DNA from: Paraspadella gotoi
Lineage: Eukaryota; Animalia; Chaetognatha
Reading direction: 5' to 3'
DNA: 50,316 bases
NCBI GenBank assembly: GCA_051294375.1
Contig: JBJCIZ010000378.1
Location: 16,489-66,804, forward strand
Part shown: in pieces, positions 12,919 to 26,353 of the stretch
Layout of the letters: each line of letters starts with the position of its first letter
How positions within the stretch are numbered: position 1 is the first letter of the stretch
Notes under the pieces: generated by a model
Told to the model about the DNA's origin: nothing
The model's database searches: none
The model's input: only the letters and a program-made list of their open reading frames with translations
Translations under genes and position numbers: made by a program

Positions 12919-13352
12919 TGAGGCAGTGTAAAGTTAAAATTTAACAGTGAAGCAAAATATTATAAAATCGAAACTATCAAAATTGAATTTGAGTGAAGGA
13001 GATAGTAAAATAGTAAGGAAAAATAGGAAGGGAAAAGAATTACATTAATGGCCCGGATTATTTTGCTAAAAGGCAGAAAGATTATGATTTTATTGTGTTA
13101 CAGTACAACACTAAATGTCCCGGATTAGCTAAAAATAAAAAGGGCGGATTAGTGATCTTACTGTTTATTGTGTGAGATGGGCGTGGTTCTTCTTCCTATT
13201 TTCATTTGGCGTTGAGTTGAAGAAACAGTTTTTTTCAAACGATTTTGCGCAATGCAGAGAAAAAATTTTTTTGTGAAATATCAGGTAGAGTTTTTTGTTT
13301 GTTTTTTTTGCGCACGAGGAAGATAAGAAAAAAATTAGGATGAAAAAAAAAG
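12919..13352 (-). repeat. Reverse-complement copy of ~20245-20672
   Basis: TGAGGCAGTGTAAAG...AAATTAGGATGAAAAAAA is the reverse complement of that interval. Confidence 0.95.
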
Positions 13353-16300
13353 AGGAGAGGATCAAACAATTTCCTCTTTTTTTTTTATGTCCCTCTCCAT
13401 CTCTCTTTTTCTCTTTAATTTTTTATGTAGCTTTCTTCCTCTCACTCTCAATAGATAAAAACGTTAAATCACACCAGAAAACGACGCTTTTTTCTGTAAA
13501 GGATATGACAACTTTAAAAATAACAGAAAACGAAGAATACTAATTTTTTCAGGGAGAATGTGAAGAGATTAGAGAAAGTAAAAACTGTTTGAAAAACACA
13601 GAAACGGAAACGTTGCTTTTTCACCAATGGATCACCAAAAAATGAGTTAAAGAAAAACGATAAACGAGACTTCTTTCTAAAAAAGCAGAGATAGTATTGA
13701 AGTAATGTTAAATATAACCAGAATTAACCGGTCCAAGACGATATTAGTTATACGCAAGAGATAACAACTTTAAAAGACAGAAGATAAAAACGCTGTGTTG
13801 TCCCAGATGTATAGATGTGTAGAAGGAGATAACTAGTTTAAGTTCGTAAACACAGCAGAATACTGAAGAAACACGTGACGGAAAACGATAATTTTCAAAG
13901 AAAGAAATAAAAACGTTAAATACTTCTGCAATACATCATCGAAAGGTTGTTAAAATTGGGTGAGGACAAGTTAATTAATATCGTTTTTAGGTTTACACAA
14001 AACAAACAAATTTCCTCTCTTTTATTTTTATGTCTCCTTCTCTCTCTCTTTTTCTCTTATTATTATTGTAGTTTCTCATCACTCTCAATAGAAAAAAACT
14101 GTTAAAAAAACCAGAAAACGACTTTCTTTCTCTGTAAAAAGATATAAACTTTAAAAATAACAGAAAAACGATTTTTCACATGTAAAAAGAAATAAAAACT
14201 TAAAAAAATACACGGCAAACGACTTTTCAATGTAAAAAAGATAAACGTTTAAAAACACCAAAAGCGACTTTTCTCAATAGATGAAAAGTAGATAAAACGT
14301 TAAGAAAATCAATTCCGGCAATGATATTTTCAAATGTAATAACAATAAAAAACTAAACGAAAAATGCTTTTTCCATTATTAAAAGAGATTAAAAACGTTA
14401 AAACAACCGAAAGAATTTTATTGTAAAAGGAAAAAAGTAAAAACCCAAACGACTTCTAATGAAAGATGAAACTTAAACAAAACCTTTTTTAAGTAGAACG
14501 TAAAACACGAAATAATCAAATAAGTAAAAGAAACTTCAAAATCACGAGGTGTTCAAAATTGGGTGATGACACGTTATTAAATATCGTTATTTATACTTAA
14601 TCGAATGCAAAACAATTTCCTTGCTTTTATTTTTATGTCTCCTTCTCTCTCTCTTCTCTCTTAATTTATACGTAGCTTCTCTCACTTCAATAAGATAAAA
14701 CGTTAAGATACACCAGAAAACGAACTTTTTCTCTGTAAAAAGATATGAAGAACTTTAAAAATAACATAAAAACGAGTTTTTCCAATGTAAAAAGAAATAA
14801 AAACTTTAAAAAAAAACGGCAAACGTTTTTTTCCAATGTAAAAAGAGTAAAAAAAGAGCGATAAAACGACTTTTCTAAAGTAAAAAGTATAAAAACGTTA
14901 AAGTACACCGGCAGACGATATTTCCAAAGAGAATAACAACTTTAAAAACAGAAAAACGCTTTTTTCGCAATGTAAAAGAGATAAAATTTCTAAAACACCG
15001 AAAACGATATTTTAAAGAAAAAAAGAAATAAAAACGTTTAAATACTTTCTGCAAAATAAATCAATCGAGCGTTGTTAAAATTGGGGTGAAGGAACAGTTA
15101 TTAAATATCTTTTTAAAACAAACTATTTCCTCTTTTTTTTTATGTCTCCTTCTCTTATCTCTTTCTGCTTTAATTTTATGTAGCTTCCTCACTCACTCTC
15201 AATGAGATAAAAACGTTAAATGACACCAAAAAAGACTTTTTTTCCTACCTAAAAGAGCATATGAAGAACTTTAAAAAAACAAGAAAACGATTTTTTTCCA
15301 ATGTAAAAGCAAGAATAAAAACTTTAAAAAAGTGAAACGCAACGTTTTTCCAATGTAAAAAAAATGTAAAAAAACACCGGATAAACGACTTTTCTAAAGT
15401 AAAAAGTGGATAAAAACGTTTAAAATATAGCACGCGCAACGATATTTCCAAAGAAAGGACTAACAACTTTTTAAACAACAACAGAAAAAACTGCTTTTTC
15501 CTAATTCAAAGAAAGATAAAAAATTTGCTAAAACACCGTGACAAAACGATATTTCAAAGAAAAAGAAATAAAACGTTAAATACTTCTGCAAATAACATCA
15601 TCGAGGTTGGTTAAATGGGTCCGAGGACAGTTATTAAAATCTTTGTATATCAAAACAAACAAATTCCCTCTTTATATTTTTATGTCGCCTCTCTCTCCCT
15701 TTCTCTTTATTTTATGTTAGCTATTCTCTCACTCCAATAGATAAAACGTTATAAATAACACCAGAAACGACTTTTTTCTCTGGTAAAAAGATTGAAAACT
15801 TTAAAATAACAGAGAAACGATTTTTTCCAATGAAAAGAAATAAAAAACTTATAAAAACAACCGGGCAAAACGATTTTTCCAATGGTAAAAAGAAGTTAAA
15901 AACACCGAACATAAGAACGTTTTCCTAAAGTAAAAGTAATAAAACGTTAATATACACCGGCAGACGATATTTTCCAAAGAGAGTGACTACAACTTTAAAA
16001 GCAAAGAACAAACGCTTTTTTCCAATGTAAAAGAGATAAAAAATTTCTAAAACCACCGGAAACGAATATTTTCAAAGAAAAAGAAATAAAAACGTTAAAT
16101 ACTTCTGCAAATAACATCATCGAGGTTGTTTAATAATTGCCGGTGAGGACAGTTATTAAATATTCTTTTTACAAAACAAACAAATTTCCTCTCTTTTATT
16201 TTATGTCTCCTTCTTCTCTCTCTTTTCTCTCTAATTTATGTAGCTTTTCTCTCACTTCTCAAAAGATTAAAAACGTTAAATACAGAAAACGCTTTTTCTC

Positions 16301-19250
16301 TGTAAAAAAGAATCATGAAAACTTTAAAAATAACAGAAAACGATTGTTTTCCCCAATGTAAAAAGAAATAAAACTTTAAAAAAAAAAGGGCCCAACGTTT
16401 TTCCAATTAAAAAGAGTTAAATACACAGGCCGATAAGACGACTTTTCTAAAGTAAAAGTAATAAAAACTGTAAATACACCGGCAGACGATATTTCAACAG
16501 AGATAACAACTTTAAAAACAAGAAAAAACGCTTTTTCCCAAATGTAAAAAGAGATTAAAATTTTCTAAACACCAGGAAAAACGATATTTTCAAAGAAAAA
16601 AGAAATAAACAACGTTAAATACTTTGCAGAATAAACATCATCAGGTTGTTAAATTGGGTATACGGACAGTTATTAAATATCTTTTTAATACCGTTTTATC
16701 TAAAACAAAACAAATTTCCTCTCTTTTATTTGTTATGTCTTCCTTCTTCTCTCTCTTTTCTCGTTTAATTTTATGTAAGCTTTCTCTAACTCTACAAAGA
16801 TAAAAAGAGTTAAATACACCACGAAACTGACTTTTTCTTCTCTGTAAAAAGCATCATAGAAACTTTTAAAAAATACAAAGAAACGATTTTTTCAATGTAA
16901 AACGAAAATAAAAACTTTAAATAAACAAACGGGCAAACGATGTTTTTCCACATGTTTAAAAGACGTTAAAAAACATGTAATCGATCTCTAAACGATAAAA
17001 AGTATAAAAACTGGTTAAAAGTAACGGCAGGACACTATTTTCCAAAGAATAACATCTTTAAAACAAAGAAAAACCGCTTTTCAATTGTAAAAAGAGATAC
17101 AAAATTTTAAAACACCGAAACGATATTTTCAAAAGCAAAAAGAAATAAAAACGGTTATAATACTTTCTGCAATAACATCATTCGAAGGTTGTTAAAATAG
17201 GGTTGAGGACAGTTATTAAATATCTTTTTATCAAAAACAAACAAATTTCTCTCTGTTTATTTTTTATGTCTCCTTCTCTCTCTCTTCTTGCTCTTTAATT
17301 TTTTATGTAGCTTTCTCTCACTCTCAAAGATAAAAACGTTAAATTACACCACTGAAAACGACTTTTTTATCTGTGAAAAAATATGAAAACTCTTAAAAAT
17401 AACAAAAACGACTTTTTTCCATAGTAAAAAGAAATTAAAAACTTAAAAAAACACGGCAAACGATGTTTTCCAATGTAAAAAGAGTTTAAAAACAACCGAT
17501 AAAACGACTTTTCTAAAGTAAAAAGCTGGGATGAAAAACGTTAAAATACACGCGGCTAGACGGATATTTACCAAAGAGAAAACAACTTTAAAAAACAGAA
17601 AAAAACGCTTTTTCCAATGTAATAAGAGAGATAAAAAATTTCTTAAAACATACGGAAAGACGTATATTTTCAAAGAAAAAAAGAAATAAAAACGTTAAAT
17701 ACTTCTGCAAATAACATCATCGAGGTCGTTAAAATTGCGGGTAAGGACAGTTCATTAAATATCTTTTTTAGTCATCAAAAAAACAAATTTCCTCTCTTTT
17801 TATTTTTATGTCTCCTTCTCCTCTCTCTTTTCTCTTTAATTTAATGTAAGCTTTCTCTCACTCTCAATATGGGATTAAAAACGTTAAAATACAACCAGAA
17901 AGACGACCTTTTTCTCTGGTAAAAAGAGTATGAAAACTTATAAAAAATAACAGAAAACGATTTTTTTCCAATGTGTAAAAAGAAATAAAAGAACTTTAAA
18001 AAAACAAGGCAAACGCTTTTTCTCCAATGTAAAAAGAGTTAAAACACCGATAAACGACTTTTTCTAAGTAAAAGTAATAAAAACGTTAAATACACCGGCG
18101 AGACGATCATTTCCAAAGAAGATTAACAACTTTAAAAAAAAGAAAAACGCTTTTTCCAATGTAAAAAGAGATAAAAAATTTTTCTGAAAACACCGGAAAA
18201 ACCGATATTTTCAAAGGAAAAAGAAATAAAAACAGTTATATACTTCTGCAAATAAACAATCATCGAGGTGTTAAAAATTGGGTGAGGACAGTTATTAAAT
18301 ATCTTTTTAATTACGTAATCAAAGTCAAACAAATTTCCTCTTTTTATTTTTATGTCTCTTCTCTCTTCTTTTCTCTTTTAATTTTTATGAGAGCTTTCTC
18401 TCATCCTCTGCAAAAGATAAAAACGTTAAATACACCATAGAAACGACTTTTTCTCGTTGTAAAATAGCATATAAACTTTAACCAATAAGCAATAAAACCA
18501 GTTTTTCTCCAATGTAAAAAATAGAAAAAAAACTTTAAAAAAAAAGAAACTTTTTTTCCAATTTAAAAAACATTAAAAAATCACCTGAATAAACATCTTT
18601 TTCTAAATAAAAATATATAAAAACTTTAATACCAGCCCTCACTATGATTTCCACCAAGAGTAGATAAGACAACTTTAAAAACAAGAAAAACACGCTTTTG
18701 TCCAATAAAACTCTAGTAAAGAACCTAGAATAACATTGACAAACACTCGAAATCGATTTTTTCCAAATAGAAAAAATGAAATAAAAACTTAGAATATACT
18801 TCCTGCAAATAACATCATCTAGTTTGTAAAATTTGCTGGTGAACATCTATTAAATTCTTCTTTATCCAGAAACAAACAAAATTTTCTCTCTTTTATTTTT
18901 ATGTCTCCTTCTCTCTCTCTTTTCTCTCTTTAATTTTATTTATCTTTTCTCGACTCCTTCTAATAGATAAAAACGTTAAATACACAAGAAAACGACTTTT
19001 TTCTCTGTAAAAAGAATATGAAAACTTTAAAAAATAACAGAAAAACGATTTTCCAACATGTAAAGAAAATAAAAACTTTAAAAAAAACGGCAAAGTTTTT
19101 TCCAATGTAAAAGAGTTACAAACACCGATAAACGACTTTTCTAAAAGAAAAAGTAATAAAAATGTTAAATACAAGAGCGCAAGACGATATTTTCCAAAGA
19201 GATAACAATTTAAAAACCAAGAAAAAACGCTTTTTTTCCAATGTAAAAAG
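13353..19250. repeat. Higher-order satellite array: ~11 units of ~520-600 bp built from the ~50-bp monomer; raw-read quality
   Basis: Marker AAATTGGGTGAGGACAGTTATTAAAT recurs near 13955, 14560, 15080, 15615, 16140, 16650, 17200, 17735, 18275 and 18830, with dense random indels. Confidence 0.9.
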
Positions 19251-19686
19251 ACAAGATAGAGGGGCGTTTACCGCCACAGCTCTTTCCCCATCCCCGTCGT
19301 CCCCTCCTCATCCCTCCCATCCCCGCCGAGTCAACGGCCTGAGCTTCGGGACAAGGAATTACTCTCAGCTCCCAGTCACAGGTTGGGTTGCAACCCGAAC
19401 CTCGTCCCTCTCTCCTTTGTGACTCCTGCTCTATTTTGTAGCTAGTTTTACTTACCTAATTATATTATCCTAGTACCCATTGTCTTACCTCTTTCCTGCC
19501 TGATGAGAGACTAGTTAGACCTACCTTTAGCTAGATACCCATCTTCCCAGTGACGCCCCAATCAGGGCCTCTCCCCAAGGTTTAACTTCCCAGGATTAAG
19601 TTTCCCTGCTCTACCGACTAACTGGCTAACCGGCAAACCCTCCCAACCCACCCTAATTTTTTTCTTCCATCTTTCCTAATCTTTAA
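19251..19686 (+). repeat. Noisy copy of ~19783-20245
   Basis: CAAGATAGAGG...CTGATGAGAGACTAGTTAG...CTTTCCTAATCTT matches the block after the next gap. Confidence 0.9.
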
Positions 19687-19711
19687 NNNNNNNNNNNNNN
19701 NNNNNNNNNNN
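19687..19711. other. Assembly gap (25 N)
   Basis: Run of 25 N. Confidence 1.
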
Positions 19712-21561
19712 AATATACAATAATTTAACATTTTAAAAAAAATATTTAAATAATAATAAATTTATAAAAAATATAATAATAATCAAGATAGAGGCTCACC
19801 TTACGCCAGAACCTCTCTCTCCCCGGGCCTTCTCTTCCCCCTCTCAACGCCTCCTCCTCCCCTCGTCGTCCCCTCCTCTTCATCCCCGGAGTCACGGATA
19901 GAGTCTTGGAGATCGGACAGTCTCTCTCAACTTCTCCTCTCGGTCTCGGGGTCTGCAAACCTTCCCTCTCCCTTCTCTCCCTTTTATGTACCCTTGCTCC
20001 CTTTGTTGTAGCTATTTACCCATTACCAATATATTCCTTACCCTTCTTACCTCTTTTCCCTGATGAGAGACTAGTTAGAACCTACCTTTAGCTAGATACC
20101 CATCTTCCCAGTGACGCCCAATCAGGCCTCTCCCAAGGTTTAACCTTCCCAGGATTAAGTTTCCCTGCTCTACCGACTAACTGGCTAACCGGCAAACCCT
20201 CCAACCCACCCTAATTTTTTTTCTTCCATCTTTCCTAATCTTAATTTTTTTCATCCTAATTTTTTTCTTATTCTTCCTCGTGCGCAAAAAAAACAAACAA
20301 AAAACTCTACCTGATATTTCACAAAAAATTTTTTTCTCTGCATTGCGCAAAATCGTGAAAAAACTGTTTCTTTCAACTCAACGCCAAATGAAAATAGAAG
20401 AAGAACCACGCCCATCTCACACAATAAACAGTAAGATCACTATCCGCCCTTTTTATTTTTAGCTAATCCGGGACATTTAGTGTTGTACTGTAACACAATA
20501 AAATCATAATCTTCTTGCCTTTTAGCAAAATAATCCGGGCCATTAATGTAATTCTTTTCCCTTCCTATTTTTCCTTACTATTTTACTATCTCCTTCACTC
20601 AAATTCAATTTTGATAGTTCGATTTTATAATATTTTTGCTTCACTGTTAAATTTTAACTTTACACTGCCTCACTATTTTAACTTCAATTTTATTCTGTAT
20701 TCTTACTGTTCCATTACTGTAACTCAGTATTCCTTTTAATTATACTATTTTCACTCACTATTTTCATTTTCATACTTTGTCTATTTTAACACACCATTTT
20801 CGCTTTTTATTAATTCACTATTTCAACTCTCTATTTCAATCTTCATACACTTACTATTTTAACTCACCATTTCCGACTTTCGATTCACTAATTCAACTAA
20901 CTATTACGATTTTCATTGAATCACTATTTTCATCTCTCTATTTCAATTTTTTATATTTCACTATTTTGATTCACTCTTTCGATTTTTTATGCTACACAAC
21001 ATTAACTCACCATTCCGACTTTCGATTCACTAATGCACCATTCGATTTTCATTGATTTCAAATATTTTCACTCACTTTTTCGATTATTTTTTTACTATCA
21101 ACGCACCAATTTCTATTCTTTCTCCTAAACTACCGTCCCTCTCTTTATTTAGCCTTTCATCCTTCACAATTTCTTTTCTGCCGCACTGATCCCCCCCTCT
21201 CTCTCACCGATGGATTCGATCGCGCATTCTTTTACTAACCCTCCCCTCTGACCGTGAGTCGATCCTCGATCCAGCGTCTTTTTTCGCGATTTTTCTTCAT
21301 TTGCTCTTCTTCCTATCCTCCTCTTCTCTCTTCCCTTTACCTTGCACTTTCTTTCCTCATCCATTTCTCACTCGATAGCAGCAGCTGCAACGAGGTTTGA
21401 CCTCTCTGAGCAATACTGAACGCCATCCCCAAACTCCCTAGATTCTCCATCTCTCCCTCTTGCCGTCTCTTACCCGCTCTCAAAAACCATGAAACTCTGA
21501 AAAGTCGAAAACCAAAAAAAAAAAGATCGTTGACCGCTCCCTTTTCTTTCTCTCTGGACTT

Positions 21562-21709
21562 CGTCGTCACGTGATCTGGCTTCGCTCCCTCTCCCTTCTT
21601 GAACGTTTCGTCTCTCTCTCTCTCTCTTTCCTTTTTTTTTCTCTCTCTCTCTCTCTTCCTGGTCAAAATCTCTCGCTTGTTGCTGCACACTTAACGTCGT
21701 CACGTGATC
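21562..21709. promoter_or_regulatory. Pair of extended E-boxes (CGTCGTCACGTGATC x2) upstream of the Gag-like ORF
   Basis: Identical 15-mers at 21562-21576 and 21695-21709; also present in the copy at ~9729/9861. Confidence 0.4.
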
Positions 21710-21945
21710 AGCAACCTACAAGAAAAAACCAGATCTGACTGAGCTCCCTATCCCTTTAAAAAAAAAAAAAATCTCGCCGCTGAGTTTGCCTCTCCTCTCT
21801 CTCTCTCTCTCGCTTCCCTCTCACTATCTCTCTCCTTTTCTCTCTCTCTCCCTCTCCCTCTCTCTCATTTCCTCTCTCTCTACATCTTCTCTCCCTCTCA
21901 CTCCCTCTCTCCGTTTCTTCTTGGTTTCTTTGTCCCTTTCTCAGA

Positions 21946-23487
21946 ATGGATACCATTCAATATGAGGATGAATACTCTCAATTTATGAGGAAGCTCCCTG
22001 GAACCGACGTTGTTCCCAATCTATTTCAAACATAGAAAACAGGTTTGAGAAATTAGAAAAGGTTCTAATAGACAAAATAGTAGGCGCGTATGAGTCCAGA
22101 ATAGATCAATGGGATACAAGATATTCACAACTTCGATCTTTGTACGACAAAAGAGGAGACGGACTTCTTGAGAGCAAACAAAAGCTTTATGACTTAACTC
22201 AAGAGCTAAAAGAAACTAAGGAGGAACTAGCAGGGATGAAAAACCAGAATGAAAAAATTTCCCAAATCCAGTTAAAACTGGACAAAGGAAGGAACGAACT
22301 CTGCAAAAAAGAACAAGAACTCTATGACATCAAGAGAGAAACTAAAGGAAACTAAAGAAAAACTTGCAGAAATGAAAAACAAAAATGACAAAATTATACA
22401 AATTCAGTTCAAACTCGACAAACAGTAGCAAGGAACTTAAAGAAAAGAACTGGAGCTTAACAACGTAAAGAAGCAGCTAAAAGAAAAAAAGGATATAGTC
22501 GTGAGAAATGGAAAAAGAAAATGAAAAGATTTCACAGTTTCAAATTAAACTCGACAAAAGAAACAAAGAACTTAATGAAAAGAAACTGGAACTTTGCAAC
22601 ATAAAGCAAGAGCTAAAAGAAACAAAGGAAAAGGTCGCGCGAATGGAAATTGAAAATAAAAAGGTCTCACAGCTTCAGATTAGAGCTTAGTATAAAAGAA
22701 AAGGAACTGCGTGACATCAAAATAGTGTTAAAGGAGAAAAAAGAAAGTCTTCAAAAACGGCTCACCTTGACACGCCACTCGACGTGACCTTGCCTTTAAA
22801 TGATAAAAATGATAGGAAAGAAAATTCTACCTCTCCTGTCTCTCTCCCTCTACCGCAGCCTCCAACTACAAAAAAATGTCCTTGGCGCCAATCCTTCCAT
22901 CATCTAATTGGAAATCCGCGCCAAGGAGATATGCGCTAATAATGAAAGCCCCAACTCAATTAAAAACACCAAAATTTTTTCCTCTCTCCTCAATCTTCAA
23001 AATCTATGACCTGTCTCTTTTGTAGAAATGACCACCCAATAACCCACTGCTTCCAATTCAGAACTCTCCATTTCAATGACAAGAAATTATTTGCTACTAA
23101 TCATCGACTCTGTTTTAGATGTCTGACGCCCCGGTCATGTCTCCAAGCATTGTCGGTCTAATCTTGTCATTGTGCTGTCTGCAAGGGTTTCACCATTCGT
23201 CACTTCATGATTCATCGGTAAAAAAATTCACAGAACGTAGACCTGAGTCACCACCCATATTAGTTCCCGTGACAAGGTCAACTCTTCCAGCTAGGTTTCC
23301 TGCAACACCAACAGCAATTCCAACAGCGTCCCCAACCCCAACAACATCTTCAACGCCAGCTGAAAATAACATCAACTTGAACTCTCTTATGATCCCTGAC
23401 CACTTGTTTAGAAATAAAATTTTGCAAACAAAATACAAAAATCATGTCGGCAAGGAATTCAAAGATCAGGCGTGCTTTAAAAATTGA
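21946..23487 (+). CDS. Full-length coiled-coil + BEL/Pao zinc-knuckle (Gag-like) gene, broken by probable sequencing indels
   Basis: ATG at 21946 follows a long pyrimidine tract ending TCTCAG. ORF pieces 22140-22355, 22508-22690 and 23119-23487 match the continuous frame at 127-1341(-). Confidence 0.7.
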
Positions 23488-23857
23488 CTAGGATTCATTT
23501 CATTTCATTCCATTCATTACCAAGGATGAGTGAGGAAGGGCTATCAGGACCCTTTCATGTCAGAAACCACATTAAAAGAATGAACTTATATTTGTTGTGA
23601 AAACCAAGAGAAAAATTAAAGCCTACCCAAAGAATATTTAATGGAAAATATCAATTGCTACCCCTATAAGTGCGCATTACCGGAACAAAATTACCATAGG
23701 ATGTGACACCACTTCTCTCTGAACATAACAACAAGTCATATATCCACGCCGATGGGTGGAATGAGAGAAATAGGTGAGCATGAATCACATGATTACTCCA
23801 AGTACTAAAACATCTCTCTCTATTTAAGCCGAAATTTAATTTTAAATTTAACTTTAA

Positions 23858-24110
23858 TTTACCCCTAATTTACCCTTAACCCAAACTTACCCTTAACCCA
23901 AACTTACCCCTAACCTAAACTTACCCATAACCTAAACTTACCCTGAACCCTAACTTACCCTTAACCCTAACTTACCCTCAACCATAACTTACCCTTAACC
24001 CTAACTTATCTTTAACCCAAACTTACCCCTAACCTAAACTTACCCTTAACCTAAACTTACCCTTAACCCTAACTTACCCCTAACTTATTTTTAACCTTAA
24101 CTTATTTTTC
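23858..24110 (-). repeat. Telomere-like minisatellite (CTTACCCTTAACCCTAA)n
   Basis: Reverse complement of 7585-7835. Confidence 0.85.
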
Positions 24111-25749
24111 TAATTAACTTACACTTATTCTTAATTTATTCTTAACTATAATTTATTGTAACCTTAATTTTTACCCAAATATATATTAGTTGTACCAATT
24201 TTATATAACAAAAATAAAAAATATTAAAAAAAAGATTATGATATCTGAATTCCTTTATTTTTTTTCCCCAGAATGTTATCCTCTTCTGTTCCATTTCGTT
24301 CCTCTTTTTTCCGTTAATTCTTTAAGAAAAACTTTGCTCTTCGCTTTCCCATAGGCCTCCAGAGCGTATTGATTTCCAGGAAGGCCGAAATTTGGATCAA
24401 TAATTCTATATTCTATATGTTTGCATTGCATTGCATAATTTTACTTTCACCGACGCCAAAACGCTGCTTGGCGAAAGTAAAATTTTACCACTATTTGTCA
24501 CTTCAATTAGAATGTTTATGAACTTTAATACACGTCCACCAAGTGCCAGACAGTTTTTAACAATCGATCTTTTGCGCATGAGAAAACTTCCACGCCAACG
24601 CTGCTTCAATCTTGTAAGAAAGCGACGAAGGAGGATGAAAGGTAAATACTAAATACAGGTGTCCAATGTCTGTTAACTTGTACATATCGTGCGGAACTGT
24701 GTCGTTAAATTTTATTTCCGAGATAACAATGTCAATGATAAGTTCTTACCATTTATGATACTATATTTAGAATGTAATTTTTATGAATTTTTCTGTGCAA
24801 AAATATTCAATTTAAATTAGTCCCAGTTTTTCACTTTTTTTAATTTTTAGATGGTTTTATTTTTCAAAATTTTTTTGAATAAATTTATGTAAAAAAAATA
24901 TTTTAAATTGCTACGAATTATTTAAATTTTAATTTGTATAAAATAAGTGCATTATTAAAAAAATATACAAATATTAAAATACAACAATTAATAAAAATAT
25001 GCTAATTATTTTGACCTTTAAATTGCATTATTTGAAGTTCTGTAACAAAAAATATGAGGTAGTCTTTTACTATCGTTTATCTAAGGAAACAATTTAAAAT
25101 ATTATTTAATCAATATTATAAAAATATTAGATAAATATTAAGATATAGATGCTCCCTCTATTTCCAGAAGACAACACTAACATTCCTCTCCCCATAACAT
25201 TATAAAAGAACATACTCTAAATAAAGAATAAAATTAAATCTAATATATAATAAAATTTATTAAATTCTTACATTTATTTCAAAATTTTAATATTGAATTC
25301 AAGTTTTTTGATCTGGTAAAGGAGCCGTGAGCTTTTCTTATATAGTATATAGTATTTAAATGTGAAAATTTACTAATATAATGATATTTGATATATATAT
25401 ATACTAATATATGATGTTTTTTATTCATGAAATATACTTGCTTTATAGATTAATAAATCTATTTGCTTAAGTAATAATTTTTTTTACTGTGACTTTAATT
25501 TTTGGACCTTGGTTTTTCCCACCCTTTTCAACGCTTTCTCGACTCGTGCTTGCTTCATCAACCACGGCGCCAAAAAACGTTACTCCTTCAGAGCGTTTGA
25601 GTGTTATTGAGATGAGGATGCGGTGGAAGAAGCATACGGTAAGGAAGTATGGGAGATGCAAATAATGAAAATCAATGTTAAGGAGCTTCTACAACTATAA
25701 GCTATAAACCAACAAATATTTGCTGTTTTTGCATGTTAATTTACTTTAG

Positions 25750-25895
25750 ACTTGATGCTAAGGATCAAGCGTCAAAGCTCAGCAGTCAGCACCAAAATGA
25801 CGCACGAATGGCCAGTCACATATCTCCTAAATTCCAGTTCGGAAAATGATGTCAACATTGACCCTAAGACTGAAGTTTTAAATATAAATATGGAG
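25750..25895 (+). CDS. Candidate internal exon of an unidentified host gene or pseudogene
   Basis: Bounded by TTTACTTTAG| and GAG|GTACGT; open frame LMLRIKRQSSAVSTKMTHEWPVTYLLNSSSENDVNIDPKTEVLNINME; other exon-like islands lie nearby. Confidence 0.35.
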
Positions 25896-25936
25896 GTACG
25901 TATTTGTAGTAATAATAGTAACATTAATGGACATTT

Positions 25937-26353
25937 GGCGACTCGAGTTGACCTTGGTCATCAAGATCACCTCTGTCACAAAGAATTAAGTAGTTGATTT
26001 AATTTAATTAATTTTATATTAACTCCTTAAAAAGTCAATAACAAAGCAAAAAAAGGTTTACGTTTCAACACTGAATTATAAATATTCAAAACAATAATAA
26101 ATTGACAATATACTTGAAAAAGATTCAATGGGGTTTAAATGTAGTTTATAATAATAATTCTGACATCGAATAAAAGAGAGAGATAAAAAATAGTTTTCTG
26201 TTTTTGGCTTGAGATTGGAATGATCTTTTTTCACAATATAAAAGAGAGAAGGCAGACGACGACGACGACGGTGACTGAGGCCTCACTGTAGTTCGGTGAA
26301 AGAATTCTTTGTGACTGAGGTTATCTTGATGACCGAGGTCAACTCGAGTTGCC
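25937..26353. mobile_element. MITE with ~51-bp TIRs (second copy of 5346-5761)
   Basis: Inverted repeats at 25937-25988 and 26304-26353. Confidence 0.8.

Noticed and set aside
13353-19250. F/L/K-rich ORFs in the ORF track (also 29458-33722)
   Set aside because: Translations of the satellite; apparent hydrophobicity comes from T runs.
7861-23830. Invertible 4-kb segment (Gag-like unit joined to the same site by opposite ends in two copies)
   Set aside because: Breakpoints coincide with 25-N gap edges and no flanking inverted repeats were seen; better explained by assembly orientation error.
23858-24110. True telomere or chromosome fusion site
   Set aside because: The repeat is a degenerate 17-18-mer in a single orientation, not a pure TTAGGG array.
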